DNA from: Promethearchaeum syntrophicum
GTDB taxonomy: Archaea; Asgardarchaeota; Lokiarchaeia; Sigyniarchaeales; Promethearchaeaceae
Direction: 5' to 3'
Assembly (NCBI RefSeq): GCF_008000775.2
Contig: NZ_CP042905.2
Coordinates: forward strand, 4,292,195 to 4,324,194
Length of the DNA stretch: 32,000 nt
The position numbers and the translations under genes were made by a program. This document shows positions 18,975 to 27,831 of the stretch, piece after piece (position 1 is the stretch's first letter; every line of letters begins with the position of its first letter). Under the pieces are notes generated by a model. The model was not told where the DNA came from. It saw only the letters and a list, made by a program, of their open reading frames with translations, and searched no databases.

Positions 18975-19058
18975 CTTTTTGAATCTTTAATTAAACAAGA
19001 TTTCTGTAAAACTTTCTAATTAACTAAGGGAAAAAAGTATTGGGATGACCCAATATAA

Positions 19059-20546
19059 TTAATCCGCTTCAAAAAATGTTTTATATGCTAAATAAGTGGA
19101 AAATAGATCTGCTATGTGAATAATTTCATAAGGGCTATGCATATTTATTACCGGAGTCCCCGCATCGACAACATCACAATTAAAGGATTCTGCAAAATAT
19201 TTTGCGATAGTTCCTCCTCCGCCTTCATCAACCTTTCCCAACTCTACAATTTGATATGGAACTGTTTTTTCATCGTAAATTTTTCTGATATAAGCCATTA
19301 TTTCTGCAGGAACATCACTTGAACCATATTTCCCTCCACCACCTGTATGTTTTTCTATTACTATCCCTTTTCCTAATACTGCAGCGTTAAGAGGGTCATG
19401 AACTGATGGAAAAATCGGATTTATTGCAGATCCTACATCAGCAGATAGCATAAGTGTATTTGACAGAGTTAAATGGAGATTAGTTAAAGTTTCAGAAACT
19501 CCTGTTCTTACCATAATATCATTCATTACAAAACGAATCCATGCAGATTGTGCGCCGGTACTACCATTGCTACCTATTTCTTCTTTATCAAAAATTGACA
19601 TAATAGCGGTATTTTTAGGTGCTCCTTTAAGATCAATTAAAGATTTTATTCCTGTCCATGAACAAACCCCATCATCATGACCTGCCGCACCTATCATGCT
19701 TCTATCCAATCCGACGTATCTTGGGGGAAGTCCAGAAACCAAATTTAATTCGGCAGATTGAAGATCAGCTTCGGTAATTCCATGTTTTTCATTCAATATC
19801 TTTAAAATATTAATTTTGAATTTTTCTTTAACCTTTTTTGCATCCTTATTATTGTTTTCATCAATCGGAAGTGCTCCAGCAAGAACATTTAATTCTTCTC
19901 CTTTAAAAGTCTCAGGTGATTTTCTTTTATTTTGAACGTTTTTAGATAAATGGGGTAAAATATCTGGAATGGTAAAAACTGGATCATCGGGATTCTTCCC
20001 AATATCAATTGGAATCTTAGTGCCATCTTTTTTCACGATTAAACCAGTTAAATGTAATGGAATTGTAGCCCATTGATATTTCTTTATCCCACCGTAATAG
20101 TGAGTTTTAAAAAGTGCAACAGCAGCTTTTCCGTCCTCATATAATGGCCGCATTTTTAAATCCAATCGGGGAGTGTCAATATGAGATCCAATCATGTGGA
20201 TTTTTTCTATTAATGATTTTTGACCAATCACTGCCATAGCAACGTTTTTTTCTCTATTGACATAATAAATTTTATCACCGGGGTTCAATTTGTTAATATT
20301 TTTACCAATCTCTAATCTTTTAAATCCATTTTCTTCAGCTTTCTTTATTGTCCAAGTTGTTCTTTCTCGTTCGGTCCGGGCATTTTTCAAAAAGTCGAAA
20401 TATTCATCGGCAAGTTTCAAAGTTTCCTGTTTTTGGTCATCAGTAAATATTTCCCATCCATGTTTAAATTTATTAACCAATTTATCCTCCAAAGATGGTT
20501 CTTTAGGTTTATCTTCCGACTTACTTTCTGTTGTAAAATTGTTCAT
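19059..20546 (-). CDS. M18-family aminopeptidase (aspartyl aminopeptidase-like)
   Basis: 'HMIGSHIDTPRLDLKMRPLYE', 'IPDILPHL', 'GAAGHDDGVCSW', 'IFDKEEIGSNGSTGAQSAWI', 'SSDVPAEIMAYIRKIYDEKTVPYQ', 'VINMHSPYEIIHIADLFSTYLAYKTFF'. Confidence 0.9.
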   Translation of the reverse strand: MNNFTTESKSEDKPKEPSLEDKLVNKFKHGWEIFTDDQKQETLKLADEYFDFLKNARTERERTTWTIKKAEENGFKRLEIGKNINKLNPGDKIYYVNREKNVAMAVIGQKSLIEKIHMIGSHIDTPRLDLKMRPLYEDGKAAVALFKTHYYGGIKKYQWATIPLHLTGLIVKKDGTKIPIDIGKNPDDPVFTIPDILPHLSKNVQNKRKSPETFKGEELNVLAGALPIDENNNKDAKKVKEKFKINILKILNEKHGITEADLQSAELNLVSGLPPRYVGLDRSMIGAAGHDDGVCSWTGIKSLIDLKGAPKNTAIMSIFDKEEIGSNGSTGAQSAWIRFVMNDIMVRTGVSETLTNLHLTLSNTLMLSADVGSAINPIFPSVHDPLNAAVLGKGIVIEKHTGGGGKYGSSDVPAEIMAYIRKIYDEKTVPYQIVELGKVDEGGGGTIAKYFAESFNCDVVDAGTPVINMHSPYEIIHIADLFSTYLAYKTFFEAD

Positions 20547-20733
20547 TATATTTTTTTATAGTGAAACTTTTTTTATAGGCTTTCTTCAATTTAATGTTCA
20601 TTTGTTAAATGGGGATTTATGAGGCGATTATTGATCAATTAGAATAAAGAATTATGGCTTAAATTACGTAATTGCATTTGTATTTTTCTAGTTTTAACAT
20701 TACAAAGGAAGGAAATGGAGTGATATTAATAAA

Positions 20734-22200
20734 ATGATAACGCAACGAGTAGATGAGAATATCTACGAAGTTCCAGCAGATATGAAATTAATTAAAGTTG
20801 AAGATAAAATCCTAAATTTTAACATGAAAGTGCCAGCGCGAATCTATGCTAATGAATATTTGATGGAAAGAATTAGTAAAGATAAAAGTATTGATCAAAT
20901 TACAAATGTTGCATGTTTACCTGGAATTAGAAAACATGTAATTGCGATGAGCGATGCTCACCAAGGATATGGATTCTGTATAGGAGGAGTTGCTGCCACG
21001 GATATTGAAGGAGGAGCAATATCCCCTGGAGGAGTTGGTTATGATATTAATTGTGGCGTGAGGTTATTAAAAACAGGTTTAGAGTACAGTGAGGTTTCAG
21101 CCCAATTACCAGAATTAACAGAAGGATTGTTTCACAATATACCAAGTGGTTTAGGTTCTAAGGGAAAACTTCATATAACACCTACTGATTTAAATCAGGT
21201 TTTGGATGAAGGAATTAATTGGGCGATAGAAAAAGGATTCGGGTATGATAAAGATCGTGAATTTTGTGAAGATCATGGTTTTACTCAAGGAGCTGACAGT
21301 TCTTTAGTTTCAAAAAGAGCAAAGGATAGAGGGATAAGACAACTAGGATCTTTAGGTTCAGGAAATCATTTCATCGAAATTCAACGTGTTGAAGAAATAT
21401 TCGATGACCGGGCAGCAAAAATAATGGGAATCCAAAAAAATCAAGTTACCATGATGATTCATACTGGAAGTCGTGCAATGGGTCATCAAGTATGTACTGA
21501 TTCTTTGCAGGAAATCGATCATTTAATGCATCGAAATGGGATTATTGCACCAGATCGAGAGTTGGGTTATGCCATAAGTGGAACTAAAGAAGCAGATCGA
21601 TATTTAGCTCAAATGCGGGCAGCAGCTAACTTTGCTTGGACTAATCGGCATATCATCATGCACTGGGCCAGAGAAACTTTTCAATCGGTCTTAGGGCTTG
21701 AACCTTCACAAATGGAATTAATTTATGGATTAGCACATAATATTCTTAAACAAGAAGAACATGATCTTGGTAATGGAATGCGTGGAATGGTGAATGTTCA
21801 TAGAAAAGGCGCAACCCGAGCATTCCCTCCTGGTCATCCCGATGTCCCTGATAAGTATAAAGAAATCGGTCAACCCGTGCTAATACCTGGAAGCATGGGG
21901 ACGTCATCATATTTATGTGTTGGCCAAGAGAAAGCAATGGATTTGAGTTTTGCTAGCACAGCGCATGGAGGAGGTAGAGAAATGAGTCGTTCAAAAGCAA
22001 AACGTCAATTTTGGGGTAAAACCATTAAACAAGAATTAGGAAAACAAGGGATTGTAGTTCGAGCAGCCTCCCTCAAAATTTTAGCAGAAGAAGCTCCTTT
22101 AGCCTATAAAAATATAGATGAAGTAGTGGGAGTTTCACATAATTTAGGGATTATTAAGAAAGTTGCGAAGTTAATTCCGATAGGTGTAACAAAAGGATAA
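20734..22200 (+). CDS. rtcB: RtcB-family RNA-splicing ligase
   Basis: 'ACLPGIRKHVIAMSDAHQGYGFCIGGVAATDIEGGAISPGGVGYDINCGVRLLKT', 'LGSGNHFIEIQ', 'MIHTGSRAMGHQV', 'HGGGREMSRSKAKR', C-terminal 'GVSHNLGIIKKVAKLIPIGVTKG'. No intein seen. Confidence 0.97.
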   Translation: MITQRVDENIYEVPADMKLIKVEDKILNFNMKVPARIYANEYLMERISKDKSIDQITNVACLPGIRKHVIAMSDAHQGYGFCIGGVAATDIEGGAISPGGVGYDINCGVRLLKTGLEYSEVSAQLPELTEGLFHNIPSGLGSKGKLHITPTDLNQVLDEGINWAIEKGFGYDKDREFCEDHGFTQGADSSLVSKRAKDRGIRQLGSLGSGNHFIEIQRVEEIFDDRAAKIMGIQKNQVTMMIHTGSRAMGHQVCTDSLQEIDHLMHRNGIIAPDRELGYAISGTKEADRYLAQMRAAANFAWTNRHIIMHWARETFQSVLGLEPSQMELIYGLAHNILKQEEHDLGNGMRGMVNVHRKGATRAFPPGHPDVPDKYKEIGQPVLIPGSMGTSSYLCVGQEKAMDLSFASTAHGGGREMSRSKAKRQFWGKTIKQELGKQGIVVRAASLKILAEEAPLAYKNIDEVVGVSHNLGIIKKVAKLIPIGVTKG

Positions 22201-22230
22201 AAAAATCGATTATAATGAAGCGGAAAATCT

Positions 22231-22635
22231 ATGGACACAACAGAAATTTTTACAATTCGGAATTTTGAACCTGTGAAAATTCGGGGTGAATTATATGGAA
22301 ACCTTATAGAGTTTAACAAAATTAAAAGGCATGTTAAATTCACCTCGAAATTTCATCAACCAGATTTTATTCATAACGATCAAATTGAAAAAATGATTAT
22401 CAAATTTGATAATAAGAGAAAATTATTATGGTTGGGAATCGCAACAATAATACTTTTCATTGGAATTTTTGTTCTTCTTGCCTGGATTCGGTTACCACCA
22501 TGGAAAATCTCAATTAAACTAAAAAAGGAGCAGAAACCCATTGTAATTCGAGCACAGATAGATGAAAGCAAGGCTTCAAATCTCGCCAGTTTTTGTGCCG
22601 ATCAATTTCAAACGATTCTAATTAATCAAAAATGA
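22231..22635 (+). CDS. Small single-TM hypothetical protein
   Basis: 134-aa ORF with one hydrophobic segment 'KLLWLGIATIILFIGIFVLLAWI', 30 nt downstream of rtcB. Confidence 0.6.
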   Translation: MDTTEIFTIRNFEPVKIRGELYGNLIEFNKIKRHVKFTSKFHQPDFIHNDQIEKMIIKFDNKRKLLWLGIATIILFIGIFVLLAWIRLPPWKISIKLKKEQKPIVIRAQIDESKASNLASFCADQFQTILINQK

Positions 22636-22654
22636 TAATCCACTCTGATTTTTT

Positions 22655-23356
22655 TTAAATATGAAGGTAGTGACCGAACTTTTCTTGTTTGGTCTTGAGA
22701 TAATTAGCATCATATTGTTGAGGTGGAATTTCCAATGGGACTCTTTCTGCAATTTCAATTCCATAGTCACCCAAAACCATTTTTTCCGGATTGTTGGTTA
22801 ATAAGCGAACCGATTTCACTCCAATTTTCTTCAACATCTCCGCAGGGATTTCATAATTACGTTCGTCAGGTTTAAATCCCAGCAAAACATTCGCATCCAA
22901 AGTATCTACTCCATAATCCTGGAGCGCATAGGCTCGAAGTTTATTTACAAGCCCGATCCCGCGCCCCTCTTCTTGGTGATACAACAGAATACCTCTCGCT
23001 TCTTTTTCAATTAATTGAAGAGATGTATGTAATTGAGGACCGCAATCACATCGCTTGGAACCCAATGAGTCTCCCGTAAGGCATTTGGAGTGAATTCTTG
23101 TAAGAATATTTTCTCCATCTTCGATGTCACCTTTAACTACCATAATATGTTCCTTATTATCTCGGCTGTTTACAAATGCTAAAATTTTAAATTGTCCATA
23201 TTCGCTCGGAAAATCTGCTACTGAGACCAAACTCACACATATCGATTTACTGCATGCCCCACATTCCAGACTATGTGGTGAATCATAACATTGGCGGATA
23301 AAATTAATATCTTGATTGATAATTTCATCAAATGTCGGTATTTTTACCATTTTCAT
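22655..23356 (-). CDS. ribA: GTP cyclohydrolase II (RibA-type)
   Basis: 'RIHSKCLTGDSLGSKRCDCGPQLHTSLQLI' (Cys Zn ligands), 'GILLYHQEEGRGIGLVNKLRAYALQDYGVDTLDANVLLGF', 'VRLLTNNPEKMVLGDYGIEIAERVPLEI'. Confidence 0.93.
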   Translation of the reverse strand: MKMVKIPTFDEIINQDINFIRQCYDSPHSLECGACSKSICVSLVSVADFPSEYGQFKILAFVNSRDNKEHIMVVKGDIEDGENILTRIHSKCLTGDSLGSKRCDCGPQLHTSLQLIEKEARGILLYHQEEGRGIGLVNKLRAYALQDYGVDTLDANVLLGFKPDERNYEIPAEMLKKIGVKSVRLLTNNPEKMVLGDYGIEIAERVPLEIPPQQYDANYLKTKQEKFGHYLHI

Positions 23357-23559
23357 TACTTTAATAAGTTCGTTAGGACTTAAATTTTGACTTTAATTCT
23401 GAGAATGAAATCAACTTATTACCTTTTTTCTAATACCTCAGAATCTCCTATTCTTTTTAAAAAAAGTTACGTCAATTCTCAAAATTATTTAAGAGTCGAA
23501 AAAGAGAAAGAATCAATTAAACCTGATTAATTTTTAAAATATCATTAGAAGAAAGAAAA

Positions 23560-23675
23560 TGTAGGGAGAGGGATTTGAACCCTCGTTTCACTAAGAACTG
23601 GAGCCTCGGTCCAGCGCCGTTTTGACCAATTTTGGTATAACACCAAAAATGTAGACCATGCTTGGCTATCCCTAC
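23560..23675 (-). tRNA. tRNA-Leu (GAG), interrupted in the D-loop by ~30 nt
   Basis: Minus strand GTAGGGATAGCCAAGCATGGTC[TACATTTTTGGTGTTATACCAAAATTGGTC]AAAACGGCGCTGGACCGAGGCTCCAGTTCTTAGTGAAACGAGGGTTCAAATCCCTCTCCCTACA. Acceptor GTAGGGA/TCCCTAC, anticodon stem CTGGA/TCCAG, long variable arm, T-arm GAGGG/CCCTC, A73. Removing 30 nt leaves an ordinary 86-nt class II tRNA. Confidence 0.85.
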
Positions 23676-23717
23676 ATAAAAAAGTATGATCTAACAAATC
23701 ATTCATAAAAAATAAAT

Positions 23718-25652
23718 TTATCTATCTTTATTTGTTTCTGTTTCAACCATTTTTCGAACTTCAATTTCTTGGAAAATCATAATCAAACCATTGATGATTA
23801 AAATTATCCCAAAGGTAATGAATATGATGAAAAATAAAACTTTAAGAAATTCTGAGTCTTGATTGCTAAATGAGGGGAGATGAGAAGATAATATAAAAAT
23901 ATCATTCAATATTAAAATCCCATAGACTAATAGAACCAAACCTATAAATATTAGAATACTAGCCCCTACAAAATTTAATCTCCGAGCAATTATTTCTTCT
24001 TTTTCTGAATGGTGAGTTATCCCACCGATTACTATGGTTTTCTCATCCTTCAAGAGTTTCGGTAAAATCCTTCGAATTGTAAAAAGATCGAATAATAAAG
24101 ATATAATCCCAATACATCCCATCAAATAGATTGAAATATTAAAGAAGAGTAGATCTGAGCCGTTAAAAGAAACTTTTATAGATAAAATACTCCAAAGTAG
24201 GATTAAAATAATGCTGATACCAAATTTACTACCGTTTAAAAGTAATAATAAATGAGTACGACGCGCAATACTAAAAAGGTAATAAATTATTCCCATTAGG
24301 ATTAAAATGATTCCAACTATTACACCTAGAAATCCTATGTCGGTGGAAAACATTGAAAATATTAAGATGAGACTTGCAATTATTGCCATAATGGGTATAA
24401 ATGGATATAATGGAACCTTCCAAGGGCGAATAAGGTTTGAACGTGTATTTCTGAGAATAATTAAAGATATAGATAGGATTACCATAGATAATAAAAAGAT
24501 AAAATTACCTATCTCGGAAATCAAATTGATATCAGCAATAAATGTAATTATAATTATAAGCACAAAAGATGAACCCATAGCTACCCATTGAACTTGTTTT
24601 TTATTTTTTTTCAAAAATCCTTTATTTAAAAATCCGTCTCTTGCCATTGAATGGAGTAAGTGGGTGGACATTTGAAATCCTGAATTGATTGATGTAGTAG
24701 TTGCAATCATACCAATTAAACCAATAAAATAAATGCCGAAGTTTCCAAATCCAAGACCGAATATATCTGCTAAAGGAGCATCAGATTGGTCTAAAATGAT
24801 AGAATTCCAAGAATTTGATGATGTACTTCCAAGATTAATTAATGCAACAAAGCTAACTAACCAATAAATAACAATTCCGATTATAATGGATATTAGATAT
24901 ACCCGCGGAATAGTTTTTCTCGGTTCTTTAATTTCATCAAATTTAGTAGTAAGTGATTCAAAAGTAGAATTCCATTCATAAACGCAGAAAAAAACAAAGG
25001 AATATGCAGCGGTTGATAAGATTGGTCCAATTTCCATCCGTTCTTGAAAAATTTCAAATCCAAAATCATTATTTAGAGAACTTCCTAGAAAACCGCCCAA
25101 TATAATAAAGGTAATAAATCCAAATAGGAGAGTGTAGGTTAGAATCTTCATTATGCTATTAAGTTTATCGGGATAATATAAAGTAAAGACAAAAAAGAAC
25201 AGAAGAACTGCAAACCCGATAATAGAAACCGTAGTTGAGTTCAAAGAATTAACTGGAAGAAACACGGTCAGAGATAAGGCAAATCCAATTCCTGATAATG
25301 CAGTAAATAATAAATTTCCAATCCACATTCCCCAACCGATTAGAAACCCCGAAAGACCGCCTATAGCTTCTTTTGAGAAAGAGTAGCCACCACCGGCTAT
25401 CGGCAAAGACAAAGCAAGCTCACTGTAGATCATTATAAATAAGATCATAAGAAGTCCGCTAAGGATCAAAGAAATAAGGAGACCAGAATTAGCCTTTAAT
25501 ATAACAATCCCCAGAATGGCGAAAATTGGTCCTCCAATAGTCCCCCCCAGAGCTTGCTTGAGCATTCCCAACATGCCCATTTTCTTTTGGTTTTTTTTTG
25601 AGAGTGTTACTGAAGGTTCTATTTCTTCATCAATTGCCATATCTAAAAACAT
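23718..25652 (-). CDS. APC-superfamily amino acid/polyamine transporter
   Basis: Many TM helices, 'MLGMLKQALGGTIGGPIFAILGIVI', 'YSELALSLPIAGGGYSFSKEAIGGLSGFLIGWGMWIGN', 'FVFFCVYEWNSTFESLTTKFDEIKEPRKTIPRVY'. The ORF is open to 25733, but the start is probably internal (25652 or 25640) because the first residues overlap the divergent ORF. Confidence 0.88.
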   Translation of the reverse strand: MFLDMAIDEEIEPSVTLSKKNQKKMGMLGMLKQALGGTIGGPIFAILGIVILKANSGLLISLILSGLLMILFIMIYSELALSLPIAGGGYSFSKEAIGGLSGFLIGWGMWIGNLLFTALSGIGFALSLTVFLPVNSLNSTTVSIIGFAVLLFFFVFTLYYPDKLNSIMKILTYTLLFGFITFIILGGFLGSSLNNDFGFEIFQERMEIGPILSTAAYSFVFFCVYEWNSTFESLTTKFDEIKEPRKTIPRVYLISIIIGIVIYWLVSFVALINLGSTSSNSWNSIILDQSDAPLADIFGLGFGNFGIYFIGLIGMIATTTSINSGFQMSTHLLHSMARDGFLNKGFLKKNKKQVQWVAMGSSFVLIIIITFIADINLISEIGNFIFLLSMVILSISLIILRNTRSNLIRPWKVPLYPFIPIMAIIASLILIFSMFSTDIGFLGVIVGIILILMGIIYYLFSIARRTHLLLLLNGSKFGISIILILLWSILSIKVSFNGSDLLFFNISIYLMGCIGIISLLFDLFTIRRILPKLLKDEKTIVIGGITHHSEKEEIIARRLNFVGASILIFIGLVLLVYGILILNDIFILSSHLPSFSNQDSEFLKVLFFIIFITFGIILIINGLIMIFQEIEVRKMVETETNKDR

Positions 25653-25684
25653 GCTTTTATGTCTTAAAAATATATGATTAAATA

Positions 25685-26191
25685 ATGGGAAAAAAGAATT
25701 TAAAAAATGAAGATATTGAAAAAGAACTTGCACAAGTTGATGAAATTTCGAATATTGAAGATATTCCAGATGACATTTTACTCAATGAAGATTTGGATGA
25801 CCCCTTACTTGATGAAATGGATGCGATTTTACATGGAAAAGAATACAAACCAAAGCCTAAACCTGAACTTAAGGAAAAATTATATAAAAACTCCAAAAAT
25901 CAGGAAGGGTCTAAATCAAATTCAACCAATATTTCTAATAATATCGAAATCCCCCAACAAATTGTAAAGGAATTCACCATTTTCCTATTAAAAAAATCAA
26001 AAAGCTTTGAAGAAATGTCATTTCAAACAATTCTTAGGAAAATTCCCAAGGAATGGCAATTTACAGAGTTAATTTTAATTGATACAATAGAGAGTATAAT
26101 TGAAAAAAAAGGAATTACATCTTTTAATATGAAAATGACCGCTAATTCTCTTAAATTTTATCCAATTAAGAAGAAAAAAAACAATAAGTGA
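25685..26191 (+). CDS. Hypothetical acidic/lysine-rich protein (168 aa)
   Basis: Intact ORF divergent from the transporter. No recognisable domain. Confidence 0.5.
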   Translation: MGKKNLKNEDIEKELAQVDEISNIEDIPDDILLNEDLDDPLLDEMDAILHGKEYKPKPKPELKEKLYKNSKNQEGSKSNSTNISNNIEIPQQIVKEFTIFLLKKSKSFEEMSFQTILRKIPKEWQFTELILIDTIESIIEKKGITSFNMKMTANSLKFYPIKKKKNNK

Positions 26192-27009
26192 TTAGAAAAA
26201 TGAATCCAGTCCCAACTTTCTATTTCATTTTAGATAAAAATCATAATTTTCTCGTGGAAAGTGTTGAAGGAAGAAAAGATCAAGAAAAATATTTTCCAAA
26301 AATTTCAGCTAAATTTAAAAAGAAACTCCAGGAGTCATTTCCGGAACAATTTCTTCTAAATCAGAATTTTCATCTAAAAATATTAAATAATACTGTTATT
26401 TTTGAAGTAATATTACTCAAACAAGAAATTAAACCAGAATTCCCCAATTTAAGATGGGTTTCAATATCAAAGATTACAGATAATGTAAATGTGGTTATTA
26501 ATTCAACTGAAAAAATAAGTATAGCCCCCGGTAAAATTCAAGAGATTTATTATTCAGAAGTTTTACAAGGGTATTCGCTGAAGGGAAAAGATTTTGAGGT
26601 ATGGCATTTTTGTAATAATGAATCTGATGCAAATAATCTTGCTGAATTGGTGAGAAAAGGGATAAAATGTGCGACAGCCAGTCTTTATGATGTTTATCAA
26701 GCAGAAAATGAACCGATCCCATCAATAGGTTCTCATTCAGTGATAATTAATTATGATGGTTTACCTCAATCCATAATTCGAACAACTAAGGTAGATATAG
26801 TTCCTTTTGAAGAAGTTTCCGCTGACTTTGCCAGAATTGAAGGTGAAGGTGATAAATCTTTGAACTATTGGCGTCGCGTGCATAATGAGTTTTTTTCAGA
26901 AGAATCCAAAGTATATAATGTGGCTTTCACGCCTAGAAGTTTAGTGATATGTGAACAATTTGAAGTGGTAAAAATTATTATTGAAAACAAAGAAAAAACT
27001 CATATATAG
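26188..27009 (+). CDS. ASCH-domain-containing protein with an additional N-terminal domain
   Basis: C-terminal half has the ASCH signature 'VPFEEVSADFARIEGEGDKSLNYWRRVHNEFFSEE'. The N-terminal ~110 aa are not assigned. GTG start at 26188, or ATG at 26200. Confidence 0.65.
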   Translation: MIRKMNPVPTFYFILDKNHNFLVESVEGRKDQEKYFPKISAKFKKKLQESFPEQFLLNQNFHLKILNNTVIFEVILLKQEIKPEFPNLRWVSISKITDNVNVVINSTEKISIAPGKIQEIYYSEVLQGYSLKGKDFEVWHFCNNESDANNLAELVRKGIKCATASLYDVYQAENEPIPSIGSHSVIINYDGLPQSIIRTTKVDIVPFEEVSADFARIEGEGDKSLNYWRRVHNEFFSEESKVYNVAFTPRSLVICEQFEVVKIIIENKEKTHI

Positions 27010-27030
27010 TAAAAATCATATTATGTAAAT

Positions 27031-27540
27031 ATGGCTATGCTATACGATGATGAGCACTTCTGTAAACATTGCAATAAAAAAGTTGCTCATGTCCATTTTT
27101 GCACCCCAGCAGAGGAATCTAAGAAATTTAAATGCGAATATTGTGAAACTGAAAACATTAACCACCGTCATATGTGTTCTGAGAAATTGAAACACATTAA
27201 ATTCTACTGTAAAAATTGTGGAGCAGTTGCTGTGGATGAAACTCATGTATGTAATCCAATACCAATAGAAGAAGAATTGAAAGAACATTGGGATAAAATT
27301 AGTGAAAAATCAGAGTCTGAAGTTTTAACTTCTTGTGGTATATGTGGACAACCCGTAAGTCCTCCCGGTCATTATTGTGATCAGAAATTTCCTTACGTTT
27401 GTAAGTATTGCGGGCAGGAAATCACTGCTGGTTATCACCAATGTAAAAAAAAATCAGGAAAATATAAATTTATTTGTAAAACGTGTGGTCGATTAGGCGT
27501 TAAATCAACAGATGTTTGCGCACCGGCTCCGATTGATTAA
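27031..27540 (+). CDS. Multi-zinc-module protein (six tandem CxxC-x(8-10)-[HD]xC units)
   Basis: CKHCNKKVAHVHFC, CEYCETENINHRHMC, CKNCGAVAVDETHVC, CGICGQPVSPPGHYC, CKYCGQEITAGYHQC, CKTCGRLGVKSTDVC. Confidence 0.8.
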   Translation: MAMLYDDEHFCKHCNKKVAHVHFCTPAEESKKFKCEYCETENINHRHMCSEKLKHIKFYCKNCGAVAVDETHVCNPIPIEEELKEHWDKISEKSESEVLTSCGICGQPVSPPGHYCDQKFPYVCKYCGQEITAGYHQCKKKSGKYKFICKTCGRLGVKSTDVCAPAPID

Positions 27541-27610
27541 AATTAGACTTATTTACATAATTTTTTCTTATTTTTGGCTAAAATTCCATATATTTATGAA
27601 AAACTTCTCG

Positions 27611-27693
27611 CATCAGTTACCCTAGGATTAACCTAGTATTATCATCATCGGTTCATTATAAACCTAAGACTTCCTCTGATTTCATCATCTGCA
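27611..27693 (-). ncRNA. Candidate C/D-box-like sRNA
   Basis: Minus strand GC AG ATGATGA(C) ... ATGA(possible D') ACCG ATGATGA(C') ... CTGA(D) TGC in a 290-bp non-coding gap. Short GCA/TGC terminal pairing. The guide spacers (~25 nt) are long for an archaeal sRNA. Confidence 0.25.
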
Positions 27694-27831
27694 ATTAAAT
27701 AAAAAATCAAACAAATGAAAAATTTTGGTATTTTGAATTTGATAAAGTGAAAGAGATGAAAAAGGTTTTAAAATGGTAAAAATCAAATGTAGATCAAATT
27801 GAAATTTGAATAAATTAAATGGTTAAAAAAA

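Noticed and set aside
20290-20622. 110-aa plus-strand ORF antisense to the M18 aminopeptidase start
   Set aside because: Overlaps the strongly supported peptidase. Ser/Phe-rich composition is typical of a spurious antisense frame.
24307-24591. 94-aa plus-strand ORF inside the APC transporter
   Set aside because: Antisense to clear TM helices. Ile/Asn-rich artefact.
27621-27636. CTAGG-ATTAA-CCTAG inverted repeat as an intrinsic terminator
   Set aside because: Only a 5-bp stem with no following T-run. It is better treated as part of the candidate sRNA region or as chance.
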